From positions 34,906,001 to 34,970,000 of the forward strand of contig NC_043009.1 of NCBI RefSeq assembly GCF_006345805.1: a DNA stretch of 64,000 nt, read 5' to 3'. Positions within the stretch are counted from its first letter, which is position 1, and each line of letters begins with the position of its first letter. The position numbers were made by a program, and so were the translations under genes. Shown piece after piece: positions 34,885-47,778 of the stretch. A model generated the notes under the pieces. The model made no database searches. It saw only the letters and a list, made by a program, of their open reading frames with translations, and was not told the DNA's origin. The DNA comes from Octopus sinensis. Its lineage: Eukaryota.

Positions 34885-36400
34885 AGTTAGTTACTTAATT
34901 TGGCTCAAAAGCAAATAGCAAGGCTATGTAGGGGGACATGGAGTTAAGTACAGGGTGGTGTTCATGTAAAGAGTTCAGGCCACTTGAGGTCCAGGGAGGC
35001 TTTGAACAAAGCGGTCGTTGGCATCTTCACCATCTCGTCTGGCAGCTTGTTCCACGGATCCGCAACCCGGACGGAGAAAGCTCCTCTCCTTCGATTGAGA
35101 TGAAATCGTCGAAGGTAGAGCTTTTCGGAATGACCCCGCAGCCGACGCTCTGGAGCAGGAGTGAAGAACAGCTCTTTCGAGAGGTTACACTTTCCGCTTA
35201 TGATGTTGTGGGCGAGAATGAGATCACCACGGCGGCGGCGTTTTTCAAGAGAATAAAGGTCGAGCGTCCTCAGCCTTTCTTCGTAGGACAAATTTTTGAG
35301 ACCATGAACCATGCGGGTAGCCAGCTTCTGGACTCTTTTGAGATGCTGTATGTCTTTGAGGAGATAAGGAGAAGAGGCTTGAATCCCATACTCCAATATG
35401 GGTCTCACCAGCGTGACATAGAGTGGTAGGAATATGGCTGCTGTGAGCGTTCCGAATGACCGTCGAATCAAGAACAGAATTCCGCGTGCTTTGTTGACAG
35501 CATGGACGCACTGGGCCGAAGGCGAAAAGGAGGAATCCACCAAGATACCCAGGTCCTTTACCTGATCGGTCCTCTCCAGCAGCAGACGACCCGGCTCGAA
35601 ATCAAGTTGAGTTGCAGGAGTAGAGCCGACAGGCAGATGACAGCACTTTGACACGTTCAGACACAGGTCCCAATCGTTAGACCACTTCCAAATTTGGTGG
35701 AGGCATCGACGAAGATCCTCTATATTACCGCGAGGAGCGACCAGTTTGATATCGTCGGCAAATAGAAGGGTGTGTTGCGTGAGGTCGTCGGGCAAGTCAT
35801 TTATGAAGACTAAGAACAACAAGGGCCCAAGCACTGAACCTTGAGGCACGCCACTTCTCGCACTGGAGACGTCGGACCGCGAACCATTAACTTGGACTTG
35901 GAAGGAGCGATCTGAGAGGAAGGCACCAACCCATCGTACAATATCCGGATGGAAACTATATGCTTGAAGCTTGACAAGTAATAGGCGGTGGTTTACCGAG
36001 TCAAAAGCTTTGGCAAAGTCCAATAAAACGATGTCAACAGCATCACTATCATCGAGGATGCGCGTCACCAATTCTTCCATTACTAGTAAGTTGGTTAAGC
36101 ATGATCTCTTCGGCACGAAGCCGTGTTGGAATCAGAGATAGAGGCTGTGTTTAGGAGGTGGAGCATCATACTTTTCTTAAGGATGGTTTCGAACATCTTG
36201 CTGATTATTGATGTAAGGGAAACCGGTCGGTAGTTAAGCGGGTCTTCGCGGCTCCCTTTCTTGAAAATTGGGCAGATTATCGCTGTTCTCCAGTCTGCAG
36301 GTATAACACCCGTCGCCAATGACATATTGAATAGTCGTGTTAAGGGCTCGCAGATGACCGGAGCCAACGCTTTGATAGTAATGAATTGACGGAACATTTT
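34885..36400 (-). mobile_element. Young 5'-truncated CR1-clade LINE with near-intact RT
   Basis: ORFs 36095-36397 and 34962-36116 joined by one frameshift at QHGFVPKRSC. Motifs DFAKAFDSV, GVPQGSVLGP, FADD, RRRRGDLI, WNKLP. (TAAC)n tail. Confidence 0.93.
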
Positions 36401-36514
36401 GTCCTTCGTGCAGGATCGCCATCGGTATCACTTCCGAATCTTTGAATTTTGATGATAAAGCCGACAGTGACACTGATTTCAACCGATACTGGCCCTTGTC
36501 TTTCAGATACACAA

Positions 36515-36528
36515 TATATCTATATCTA

Positions 36529-36622
<94 letters not shown>
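36515..36622. repeat. (TCTA)n microsatellite
   Basis: Read directly from the sequence. Confidence 0.95.
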
Positions 36623-36623
<1 letters not shown>

Positions 36624-36764
36624 AAATTTAAAATAATAAGAATGAAAAATTGAATATTAATTTGATTAATTATCAATTTAAAACCAGTGGTCTGGTATAT
36701 TGAAAACTCTGAAGATTCACAAAAATTATATTGCATACATATAAAAGGGATGACCTCGTATATG

Positions 36765-36799
<35 letters not shown>

Positions 36800-36814
<15 letters not shown>

Positions 36815-37104
36815 CAATATATATATACACACATACATTCATACATTCATACATGCACGCACAGATGCACATATATGCATATGACCCTCATCTGTCTATG
36901 TGTCTGTCTATATCTAATGACCTACCCAACTACTTATCTAATTAGCTAGCTATTTAGGTACCGCGCAGAATATAGCTAAAAGCATGATCTATCTAAATTT
37001 AATTTGATATCTTCACTATAGTACGCATGTAGGTTAGCCTAAATACTAGCTTCGAAATTTCCCACTTAATGCCACGTATACATAAAATAAATATATGCAT
37101 ATAT

Positions 37105-37150
<46 letters not shown>

Positions 37151-37460
37151 CAATATATATATACACACATACATTCATACATTCATACATGCACGCACAG
37201 ATGCACATATATGCATATGACCCTCAATCTGTCTATGTGTCTGTCTATTATCTAATGACCTACCCAACTACTTATCTAATTAGCTAGCTATTTAGGTACC
37301 GCGCAGAATATAGCTAAAAGCATGATCTATCTAAATTTAATTTGATATCTTCACTATAGTACGCATGTAGGTTAGCCTAAATACTAGCTTCGAAATTTCC
37401 CACTTAATGCCACGTATACATAAAATAAATATATGCATATATATATATATATATATATAT
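36800..37460 (+). repeat. Tandem direct duplication of an about 335-bp unit between (TA)n tracts
   Basis: The unique parts of the two units differ only by single-base indels (ctcatctg/ctcaatctg; ctatatct/ctattatct). Confidence 0.9.
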
Positions 37461-38490
37461 ATACTTTGATACTTTGATACTTTGATAGGTTTCGGCCATT
37501 ATTGGCCCAGGCCATGTCTAACTTAATAGCACCACCTGGTGAAGTCTTTCAAGTCAGAATTTGGGCACTATGGCCCACTCAAGTAGAGAGTTATTGTTTA
37601 CAGAGACATATCCGGGTGTAGGGGGTTTATCCGGGATTTCTTGAAGGAATCTGTCCAAAGACTTCTTGAACCCTATAGGGTCAGTTTCTGTTTTAATGTG
37701 TTTTGGTGTAATGTTAAAGAGAGCGGGGCCAATTGAGGTGAAATAATTGTGCCGTATTGTTGTTATGAGATGAGAGTGCGATTTTTGTTTTGGGCGGATG
37801 GCACGGGGCCCAAACCTTGGATGTACCTTAAAGGTGATGCCAACATCATTTGGGCAATGCTGATGGAATATTTTCCACATCATGCAGATGATGTAGCGCT
37901 CACGACGACGTTGGAGAGAATAGAGTTTTAGCTTTTCTAGTCGACCCCAATAGTCGAGGCCTGTCATGCCATCTATCTTTTTTGTGATTGCCCTTTGAGG
38001 TGCTTCAACTTTTATGATACCTTGTATTGTGTGGGGAGACCACAGTGGACAACAGTATTCAAGGTGGGGTCGGGCAAAAGTGGAGAAGAGAAGGATAATG
38101 GTGTGGATATCTCTCGACTGGAAAGTTCTGAGAATCCAGGAACACATTCTGCGGGCCATGTCAACTTTGGTGTTTATATGAGTGGCCCAGCTTACGTTGT
38201 TGTCCACAATTACTCCCAAGTCTCTGATGTTGTTGGACGCCGCGAGAGTTTCACCTGAAGGAAGGAGTATGGGAGTTTCAGGGCATCCTCTTTTCCAAAG
38301 TGGATTAGCTCAAATTTATCCTCGTTCAGCAGCATATTGTTTTTTTCTGCCCATTGGATAACAGCCAGTAGATCTGACTGAAGGCATGTCCGGTCACTCG
38401 CCTCATTTATGACCTTCTGTAGCTTGGAGTCATCTGCAAAGATTTTTATGTTGCTGTGCTTGATGATGTCATTAATGTCATTAATGTAAA
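37461..38490 (-). mobile_element. CR1-like LINE 3' fragment with (ATCAAAGT)n tail
   Basis: FADDSKL; RPHLEYCCPLW; LYSLQRRRERY; 8-nt terminal repeats at 37461-37487. Confidence 0.88.
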
Positions 38491-38509
38491 TGATATATAT
38501 ATATATATA

Positions 38510-38760
38510 TGTAAAGATGAGAATATGTGTCTGTCTATCTGTGTGAATCCCTAAAACTCGAGAACTACACGACCGATTTCATTCAAATTTTACATATGCC
38601 TTATTTCGGGTCCATGTAAGTCATGGGCCAAACAAATTTTCAACTTCTTGTCTAATGCGAGCCTAGAAAAATCTCTTATCACTTTCTCTATTTCAGTATT
38701 ACGTATCAAAAGTGAAACAATAACATCTGTCTATTAATACTAAAACCATTAAAGTGAAAT
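38510..38760 (+). mobile_element. Helitron-like non-autonomous element, 5' part
   Basis: (TA)n-aaagatgag..tgtctgtctatctg..aactac..ccgatttcattcaaatt, a similar layout to the other Helitron-like MITEs here. Confidence 0.35.
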
Positions 38761-38783
38761 TATCTCACATATACAGGCGTAGA

Positions 38784-38816
<33 letters not shown>

Positions 38817-38892
38817 ACACACACACACATATATATATATGTGCATACATCTGCATATATATATATGTATACATGTATATATATATAGATGC

Positions 38893-39144
38893 ATGTATAT
38901 ACACAGAAGTATATGTGTAGATGTATATGTATAGGTGTATATTATAGATGTATATGTATAGATGTATATATATATATAGATGTATATATAATATGTACAC
39001 ACACACATATATATATATACATATATATATATATGTGTGTGTAACTATTATATATACATCTATATATATATACATCTATACATATACATCTATAATATAC
39101 ACCTATACATATACAGCTACACATATACTTCTGTGTATATACAT
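38893..39144. repeat. About 250-bp palindrome of complex TA-rich sequence
   Basis: atgtatatacacagaagtat... is mirrored by ...atacttctgtgtatatacat. Confidence 0.8.
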
Positions 39145-39508
39145 TTATGAATGTTCATGGGGGTGGTTCTGCCCATTTAAGCCACCTCAAATTCAAACCA
39201 AACATACTGCATTATACCCGCCCCTATGTGTTGAATCTAAGTTCCAAATATCATAAGGATCCATTGAGTAATTTTGGTCCATGAAATTGTATGAAACACA
39301 GCATTACTTTTCTCACTAGGCTTGGATTTTGTGTTCCAAATTTCATTAGGATCGGAGCAGTAGTCTTCGAATCTATTAGTAAGACACGAACACACATAAC
39401 GACATTGACTTTTATATAATAGATATAAATATGCACATATACATACCTGTATATATATATATGTGTGTGTGTGTGTGTATATTATATACATATATATGTA
39501 TGTATATG

Positions 39509-39539
<31 letters not shown>

Positions 39540-39671
39540 GAATAATATAGGTATGCATATATATATATTATATATATATATATTATATATATATATGTGT
39601 ATGTATATATATATGCATACCTATATTTATTCATATATATATATATAATATATATATATATATATAGATAT

Positions 39672-39703
<32 letters not shown>

Positions 39704-40053
39704 CATACATATATATGTATATAATATACACACACATACATATATATACAGGTATGTATATGTGCATATTTATATCTATTATATAAAAGTCAATGTTGTT
39801 ATGTGTGTTCGTGTCTTACTAATAGATTCGAAGACTACTGCTCCGATCCTAATGAAATTTGGAACACAAAATCCAAGCCTAGTGAGAAAAGTAATGCTGT
39901 TTCATTCAATTTCATGAACCAAAATTACTCAATGGATCCTTATGATATTTGGAACTTAGATTCAACACATAGGGGCGGGTATATTGCAGTATGTTTGGTT
40001 TGAATTTGAGGTGGCTTAAATGGGCAGAACCACCCCCATGAACATTCATAAAT
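39143..40053. repeat. About 910-bp palindrome (inverted duplication of a repeat element plus microsatellite)
   Basis: 39143-39570 is the reverse complement of about 39604-40053, with a handful of differences. Confidence 0.9.
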
Positions 40054-40104
40054 TTCCGATGTTGATGAAATTTCAATCATAGGTAATTGACAAACATCAA
40101 GATA

Positions 40105-40490
40105 GGCGCTGGAGTTGCTGTGTGGTAAGTAGCTTGCTTACCAACCACTTGGTTCCGGGTTCAGTCCCACTGCATGGCACATTCTACTATAGCCTCGGGC
40201 CAACCAAAGCCTTGTTAGTCAATTTGGTATACGGAAACTGAAAGAAGCTCGTCGTATATATGTATATGCAAATATATAAGTGTGTGTGTGTGTTTGTCCC
40301 CCCAACATCGCTTAACAACCGATGCTGGTGTGTTTACGTCCTCGTAACTTAGCGGTTCGGCAATAGAGACCGATAGAATAAGTACTAGGCTTACAAAGAA
40401 TAAGTCCTGGGGTCGATTTGCTCGGCTAAAGGCGGTGCTCCAGCATAGCCGCAGTCAAATGCCTGAAACAAGTAAAAGAGTAAAAGAGTA
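40105..40490 (+). mobile_element. tRNA-derived SINE (family 1)
   Basis: Near full length; (GTAAAAGA)n tail. Confidence 0.88.
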
Positions 40491-40763
40491 AGTATTCCCA
40501 TGAGGATTCTAAGGTTTCTCATAAGGATTCTAAGATCTCCTAATGGGGGCCTTAACTCCTAAATTTTAGTCATTTTTTTATGATCCAAAAGTAAGTCAAA
40601 ATTACTGGATGGATCTTTATGAAAGTTGGAAATTATATTCTATGCTTAATGTCAGATTTAATGCAGGACGTGTTTGAAAGCGAGGGGGCATAAATGAGGC
40701 CATATACCCCATAAAAATTCATATATTTTTGCTGTTGATAAAATTTTAACCATATAAACATAT

Positions 40764-40919
40764 GGAGTGGCTGTGTGGTAAGTAGCTTGCTAACCAACCA
40801 CATGGTTCCGAGTTCAGTAACACTGCGTAGCACCTTGGGCAAGTGTCTTCTACTATAGCCTCGGGCCGACCAAAGCCTTGTGAGTGGATTTGGTAGACGG
40901 AAACTGAAAGAAGCCCGTC

Positions 40920-40957
<38 letters not shown>

Positions 40958-41155
40958 TATATGCGTGTGTGTGTTTGTGTGTCTGTGTTTGTCCCCCTAG
41001 CATTGCTTGACAACCGATGCTGGCGTGTTTATGAATAAGTACTGGGCTTGCAAAAGAATAAGTCCCGGGGTCGAGTTGCTCGATTAAAGGCGGTGCTCCA
41101 GCTTGGCCGCTGTCAAATGACTAAAACAAGTAAAAGAGTAAAAGAGTAAAAGAGT
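40764..41155 (+). mobile_element. tRNA-derived SINE (family 1)
   Basis: Head gagtggctgtgtggtaag, internal (TA)n(TG)n, (GTAAAAGA)n tail. Confidence 0.88.
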
Positions 41156-41373
41156 ATATATATATATATATATAATATATATATATATATATAGACGTAT
41201 ATATATATATTACTGACTACTTCCCAGCACCCACGCACACACCATCATCCACACACCCACACAGTCTTCAATAGCGTCACTACACATGCCAGTATATGAG
41301 CAGCCACACGTTACAGACACACACACAGACAGACACACAGACAGACACACACACACACACACACGCATACACA

Positions 41374-41416
<43 letters not shown>

Positions 41417-41924
41417 AGGTCACTAGTCCCTATTTAGTTGTAACATTGCTTTTAACTCTTGGTGAGGGCTTGTAACTCTTGGTGGGGATTTAGAGGATAT
41501 ATGGGGTGTTGGAAATTTGTTTAAAATTTGCAAAAACCGTTTTCCTCCTGGTCTGACCACAGCCAATTTCTTCTAGAGAAGAGTGAGAGAGAGGGAGAGA
41601 GGAAGAGAGAGCTAGAAAGAGAGGGACGGAGGGGAAGGGCGAGAGAGAGAGAAAGAGGAAGAGTGTGAGAGAGAAAGACGTGAATGGGAGAGACCAACCA
41701 ACTCCAGTCCTGATATTTTATTTATCTGCCACGAAAGGGTGAAAGAAGAAGGTTGACCTCGGCAGGATTTGAAATCAAAAGGGAGAGGACCGAATACTGT
41801 ATGGCAATCTCTTCAATGCTTAAATGATTCAATTAGCCACACACCATCCAGGCTTGTCGATAAATCTAATTGGTGTGAGATCTTTGAAAAGCCATATGAA
41901 GCTGCCATAGAACGGGTATATATA

Positions 41925-42152
41925 TTTCTTTACTACACACAAGGGGCTAAACATAGAGGGGACAAACAAGGACAGACGAAAGGATTAAGTCGATTACATC
42001 GACCCAGTGCGAAACTGGTACTTTTTTATCGACCCCGAAAGGATGAAAGGCAAAGTCGACCTCGGCGGAATTTGAACTCAGAACGCAGTGGCAGACGAAA
42101 TACCGCTAAACATTTCGCCCGGCGTGCTAACGATTCTGCCAGCTCACCGCCT
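41925..42152 (-). mobile_element. tRNA-derived SINE (family 2)
   Basis: Reverse complement of 11178-11412. Confidence 0.85.
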
Positions 42153-43667
42153 TAGAACGGGTACATAATACAACTCTATGATCGAAAGTTAAAACAATAC
42201 AAGAAAAAAAAAAGAAAATATAAAGAAAAGAAAAGAAAAATACTCTTCAGTATCTCACTAGTAATCAGCTTTCAGCAGCTACATTTGTTCTGTGTCATTT
42301 AACCAGCCAACATTGGTGTGTCACGATGTAGCTGCTTCATATTTTACAAATCGTTTAAGATCGAGCCAATTTCTATAGAAGTACAACTCTACATATGTTT
42401 CTGGGGTGGAGGAAATCTGTTTGTGGGAATCGATGTATTTGACTGTTGAAATAACACTAAAATGATTTAATCTGTTCTATATTCATACATTTATACATCG
42501 ACAACGTAATGACTCATTAATAAAAGAAAGATGTTTATGAAGCTCTGCTGAGAGAAGGATGTCTTTTACACTATGCCCTGGGAGTACAATTATTATCCAG
42601 CGAAATGTGTTTAATACGTCATGATGTGTGTTTGATATTCAGAAAGGTGCTTCAAGAGATGTGTGTTTATTATGTAAAGAAGTATCTTAAATATTCAGAG
42701 GCGAGTGTTTAATGTATAGTGGAGTGTGTTTATTACCCAGAGGAATGTGTTTCATATGTACAGAAAGATGTATAGTAAGCTATGCTCAGGGTGGATGGTA
42801 TATATTTATAATTTTTTTTTACATAAAGGTGCTTTATATTTATAATTTTTTATAATGAAATAATTCTTCATATGGTTACGCTCAGAAAAAAAGCTGGAAA
42901 GTCGTTGTTATTGTTTAACTCCAGGTCAGTCTCGATCAATAATCATTCAAATAACTGGAGTCCAGGTGTGATAATTAAAGGTATTTTTATCAGGCGCAGC
43001 TCATCCAGGTACATTACCCTTTTCTGAGAAGAAAGGGTAATATTTGAGGGTCATTTAGCTGCTAGTTATGATGAAGCAACCAGAAAGGCTATTTCGTTAA
43101 TTGGAATTGTTCTGCCTGAGTTTTCAGATACACAGATACCTTGCTAATTAATTATAAACATGCAGGTGTGTTGCTAATTCTTTATACACATACTTGTTGA
43201 TAATTAATTATAGATAAAAGGGATATGCTATTAATTAATTAATTAATTAATTATTGATATACAAATATGTTGTTAATTATTATAGATTTAGAAATGTGTT
43301 GCTAATTAATTATAGATATACAGCTTTGTACCTAATTAATTATAAATATACAAATGTATTGCTAATCAATTATAAATTTAATCTAGGATGTTTATGTTAG
43401 ACGTTTGTTGGAGGAATATTTCAGCTTGACAATTCGTGGAAAGGTAGAAAAGCGTTACTGGCCTCATTCAGTGTCAATTAATATCAACCAATCACAATTA
43501 AACACGTCTTCTTGAAATGAACTAATGGTTCATTTATGCAAGATTTAACACCACTAGGTATGGATTTCGTAAATTTTCTGATTGTCTATTGTTCTCTGGT
43601 TTCCCCACTCTCTTTATCTCTCTCTGTCAGTGACTCACACACATACACGTATGTAAATACATAATAT

Positions 43668-43735
<68 letters not shown>

Positions 43736-43745
43736 TATATATACT

Positions 43746-44007
43746 TTATTTTAAGCAGCAGAAAATTCAACAAAATCTGTTACTCTGAGTTTCTCGTTGC
43801 CGTTCATCAGACAGTTTTTGCTAACAAAATCTGTTACTCTGAGTTTCTCGTTGCCGTTCATCAGACTGTCTGATGAACGGCAACGAGAAACTCAGAGTAA
43901 CAGATTTTGTTGAATTTTCTGGTGCTTAAAATAAAGCATATTACTCGACCACTGGTATTTGAGTACTCTTTTTTCCACTCTGTTTCACATTTATGTGTTT
44001 ACTCCGG
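43746..44007. mobile_element. PLE pseudo-LTR-like mini-element with three hammerhead-like motifs (two inverted, one direct)
   Basis: CTGT-CTGATGA-ACGGCAACGA-GAAA-CTCAGAG-TA-ACAG at 43866-43903 (+); reverse copies at 43777-43814 and 43831-43869; flanked by (TA)n. Confidence 0.65.
43866..43903 (+). ncRNA. Minimal type I hammerhead-like motif
   Basis: Core CUGAUGA/GAAA, GUA triplet, 4-bp stem I, ACUC-A-GAGU stem III. Stem II is only 2 bp + GCAA loop, with non-canonical flanking As. Confidence 0.5.
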
Positions 44008-44041
<34 letters not shown>

Positions 44042-44109
44042 ATATACATATCATTTATTTATGTATATATATAGTTTATATATGCATATAATTTATATAT
44101 GTATATATA

Positions 44110-44179
<70 letters not shown>

Positions 44180-44183
<4 letters not shown>

Positions 44184-44303
44184 GGCATCACTTTTATATG
44201 TATTTGATATAATTTTTTTGTGAAACTTCAGATTTTTAAATATGCTTGTCCACTGGTTTTAAATTGATATTAATCAAATTAATATTCAACTTTTTACCCT
44301 TAT

Positions 44304-44355
<52 letters not shown>

Positions 44356-45130
44356 AAAAATGCTATGAGAATAAAAATTAACCTTTTCTATAATGTCATT
44401 CAATAAAGCCCCCTTCAGCTTCAACAACTGCTTCTATGAGATCTAAATCATCTACATGCTCGAATCAAGTGGTCCTGGCTAATTCTGGACGTTACTCTGA
44501 CTATGACAGCTTTCAAAGAATGTTTGGTGCTATGAGCATGTTTATTGACCTCTCTCTCTCTCTCACTCTCAACAACGCTCCACATGTAATAGTCCAATGA
44601 GATCTGGGGAATTAGGAGACCAAATATTAGGGGTTATGTGATCATTAAAATTTTCAGCCACCCATTCCTGTGTAACTAGAGCCACGCGTGATAGTGCAAG
44701 GTCTTACTGAGACACACATGGCTTTCCATTGCATACATTGTCTATCCAGGACCTCAATGTAGGCGGCAGAGTTAATTCTAAGGCCTTGTAGAAAGAAATA
44801 AGGAGGCATCACATGTCCTTCATTGCTGACAACCCCTAAAACCATGACAGTTTCAGGAAATTTTGTATGCATAACACTTGGAACTTTAGAAGGGTCTGCA
44901 TATAACTGTCTGTCATTTCTTCTGTTAACTTTTTGATCTTGGTCGAAGTATTTCTCGTTTGAGAAAAATCAAATCAAATCTGCTGGATTTTTCAGTTTGT
45001 TTAAGAGCCTTTTAGATCTGATGTAGTGATTTTCTTTTGCTTTTTCTGACAAATAGACCTTTCTCATCATATGAGACTTATATCTGATGTCTTCGTGGAC
45101 AACATTTCTGACTGTTCCTTCCAACACATG
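44180..45130 (-). mobile_element. Tc1/mariner (maT/DD37D-like) transposase remnant
   Basis: KFPETVMVLGVVSNEGHVMPPYFF..GLRINSAAYIEVL; TA|CAGGG end at about 44180. Confidence 0.7.
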
Positions 45131-45444
45131 GAGACCTTATTTATATCTTTTCGTATTTTCTACTGAAGAGGAAAAAATCTTTTATGAGATTAATTCCGAA
45201 ATTGATTCAATATAGAAATAACGAACTTAAAAAAAAAAATCTATTGGCTGGCTTTCCTCAATTTCAGCTCTTCGTGTTTTCTATAGCGAGTAAATAATAT
45301 GTGGAAATTGACGATTTAAAAGTCTGTTATCAGCATATTGGCAGAGAAATAATTTTCTTTAGCCCAACCTTAAAGGTATTTTAATATGCTGCCACATTTT
45401 TTGATGGAATTTTTTTTTCTGTAAAAAAACTTCATCCTATATTA

Positions 45445-45528
<84 letters not shown>

Positions 45529-45939
45529 TAATATCAGGATAAGAAACATTTTGAGAAATGTTTACTACCAGTGGCCTAGCGTGTAAAAATATTTGTCAAT
45601 AGACTATTTACTATTCATATAAATGCATTGTACATTTAGACACATAGGAGGTATCTATCATAGGATACCTGGCACGGTAGAAGGGATAACTAAAATCCAA
45701 ACCACTATTAGGGATAAATTTCGAAGGGAATGAAAAATAAAAAATAAAAACATTTACTATATATCTCCTGGACCATGGTTTCTGATTTAATATTAGCAAA
45801 TAAAATAATTGCTGCTGTTTCTGTAATTCCAACGACCCTTGTTCGTTTTGCTGCTGTAATTCAATTACTGAAACTAGTAAACATTCCACATTCAAACAAT
45901 AATCTCGTCACCAAATCTCATCACCTCTTAAACATTCAT

Positions 45940-46250
45940 TTAGTCCCGTCGATAAATCTGCACACATACGAATTTTATTGCTCTTCTTTTTCACATATAC
46001 TGTTGGAGACGCCTAATTTGAGTAGTCAATCTTTTTAAACACTTCTATTTTTTCCAATCCGTCTAATTCCTTATTCACTTGTTCTATTGCCGCAAATGGT
46101 ACATTACGTTTGGGTTTGAAAACTGCTAATGAATTTTCTTTTACCTGAAATTTGGCTTTAGATTTATTGCACCGACCCAACTCGTCCGAAAAAAACATCA
46201 AAGAACAACTTTTACTTCTTTGTTTTCTATGATACGTTTGAGGTGCGAGC
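45940..46250 (-). mobile_element. Ty3/Gypsy RT N-terminal fragment
   Basis: FSDELGRC..AKFQVKEN..VFKPKRNVPFA..VNKEL..YSN*ASP.VYVKK..IRMCAD.STGLN. Confidence 0.85.
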
Positions 46251-46603
46251 GCCTAAACAAATTGAAACTAGATATTCAAGTACCAGAGAAAGGAAAAGAA
46301 CAGAGGTACTGGAATTAGACCCGAAACGTTAAAGACATTAAACTTCGGATGGAGTTTAATTTTCAAAAAGGGGAGATGTTATGTGAGAATCCTATACACA
46401 CCCACGTGATCGGAAGTGGACTAACGGATTGCAATAAATAAAGAACTATGTGAACTGTCAGCGGCAGTTGACAGTGTCGGTCAACCGTATTGGTTACTGA
46501 GTTAGTGCGACGTGTGTTGGTTTAATATCCTACCTACGTTCGAGTAGTACGGTGCGCGTTCTCTGTGAACATAATAATTCTGCGATAGGTTATTTTAACC
46601 ACA
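46250..46603 (+). mobile_element. Gypsy pol end, polypurine tract and 3' LTR
   Basis: TRERKR..L..DP; PPT aaaaaggggaga 46365-46376; LTR starts TGTTATGT at 46377 and ends at ACATAATA (46576) or ACCACA (46603). Confidence 0.65.
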
Positions 46604-47586
46604 TTCAAATATTTATCTGAAACATACTAAATTACACCAGACGTGTATACCCACGTCATAACAATTTCACTTAGGAACTGTGAATCCAAAAACCCGATGT
46701 AGAACTCAATATACTTATGTTTCAGAACGAAGTGTTAGCAGAGAAGCTAGTGCGGTAATAAGGAAGACAGATGACAAATATGACAAAAGAATAAATGATT
46801 ATCTTAAGGTAATCATTTATTCTTTTTTCCTCTCTCTTTCTTATGTATATATATATATATAATAATAAACACACGAAAAAACTGATAAGGTAGCGTATAG
46901 AAAATACAGAAGGTAAAAAAGGGAAAACGACAAATGGAAAACGAAATCTAAAATTAAATGTAAAATAAAAAATAAAAAAGGCAAAAGAGTTATCCTCCTT
47001 AGACCTTAAATTATAAGGCTGGAAAGATAGCAAGTTAATTAGGGGTAGGCGGAATTTTCCAATTCTTCAAAATATATTTATACATATGCTTGCAATCACT
47101 AATAATCTCTGTCATAGAGTTCAGTAGAGGATTATGGCTTTTAGATTTGAACAGCTAAACAAAGTTTACTTTTATTCGATCCATTAACATACTGTATGGA
47201 TTTCTCAATTACTTTCCTCTTAATCACATGTGGAGTTTCGTTATTTTCAAAGTACATACTTAGCTAGCCAACTTAGTAGCTTTACTTTTGTCCTAATGTC
47301 GGAAGGATGCCATGTGATTTACCAGCTTTCAGTTGTCTACCATTGACAAGGCCAAAAGAGGACGAAATCACCTGATCAGGTTGTGTTGGAGTAGATGTAG
47401 CGGTGGTTCTGCAACTGGCGATGCCTATGATGTGCTTTTACGCACATCATAATCACATAAGAATTTTTTTCTCTTGGTAAATATCATAGCATTTGTGAGT
47501 TCTAACGCAATATACACTTTTGGTTGTTGAATACTTTAACTTATATACATATATACATACATACGTACAGAAAGACAGGTGTACGC

Positions 47587-47589
<3 letters not shown>

Positions 47590-47619
<30 letters not shown>

Positions 47620-47770
47620 TGTATGTATGTATGTATGCATGCATGCATGCATGCATGCATGCATGTATGTATGTATGTATGTATGTATGCATGCATGCAT
47701 GCATGTATGTATGTATGCATGTATGTATGTATGTAGGTAGGTATGTATGTATGTAGGTATGTATGTATAT
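47590..47770. repeat. (TATG)n/(CATG)n microsatellite
   Basis: Read directly from the sequence. Confidence 0.95.
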
Positions 47771-47778
47771 AATATATA

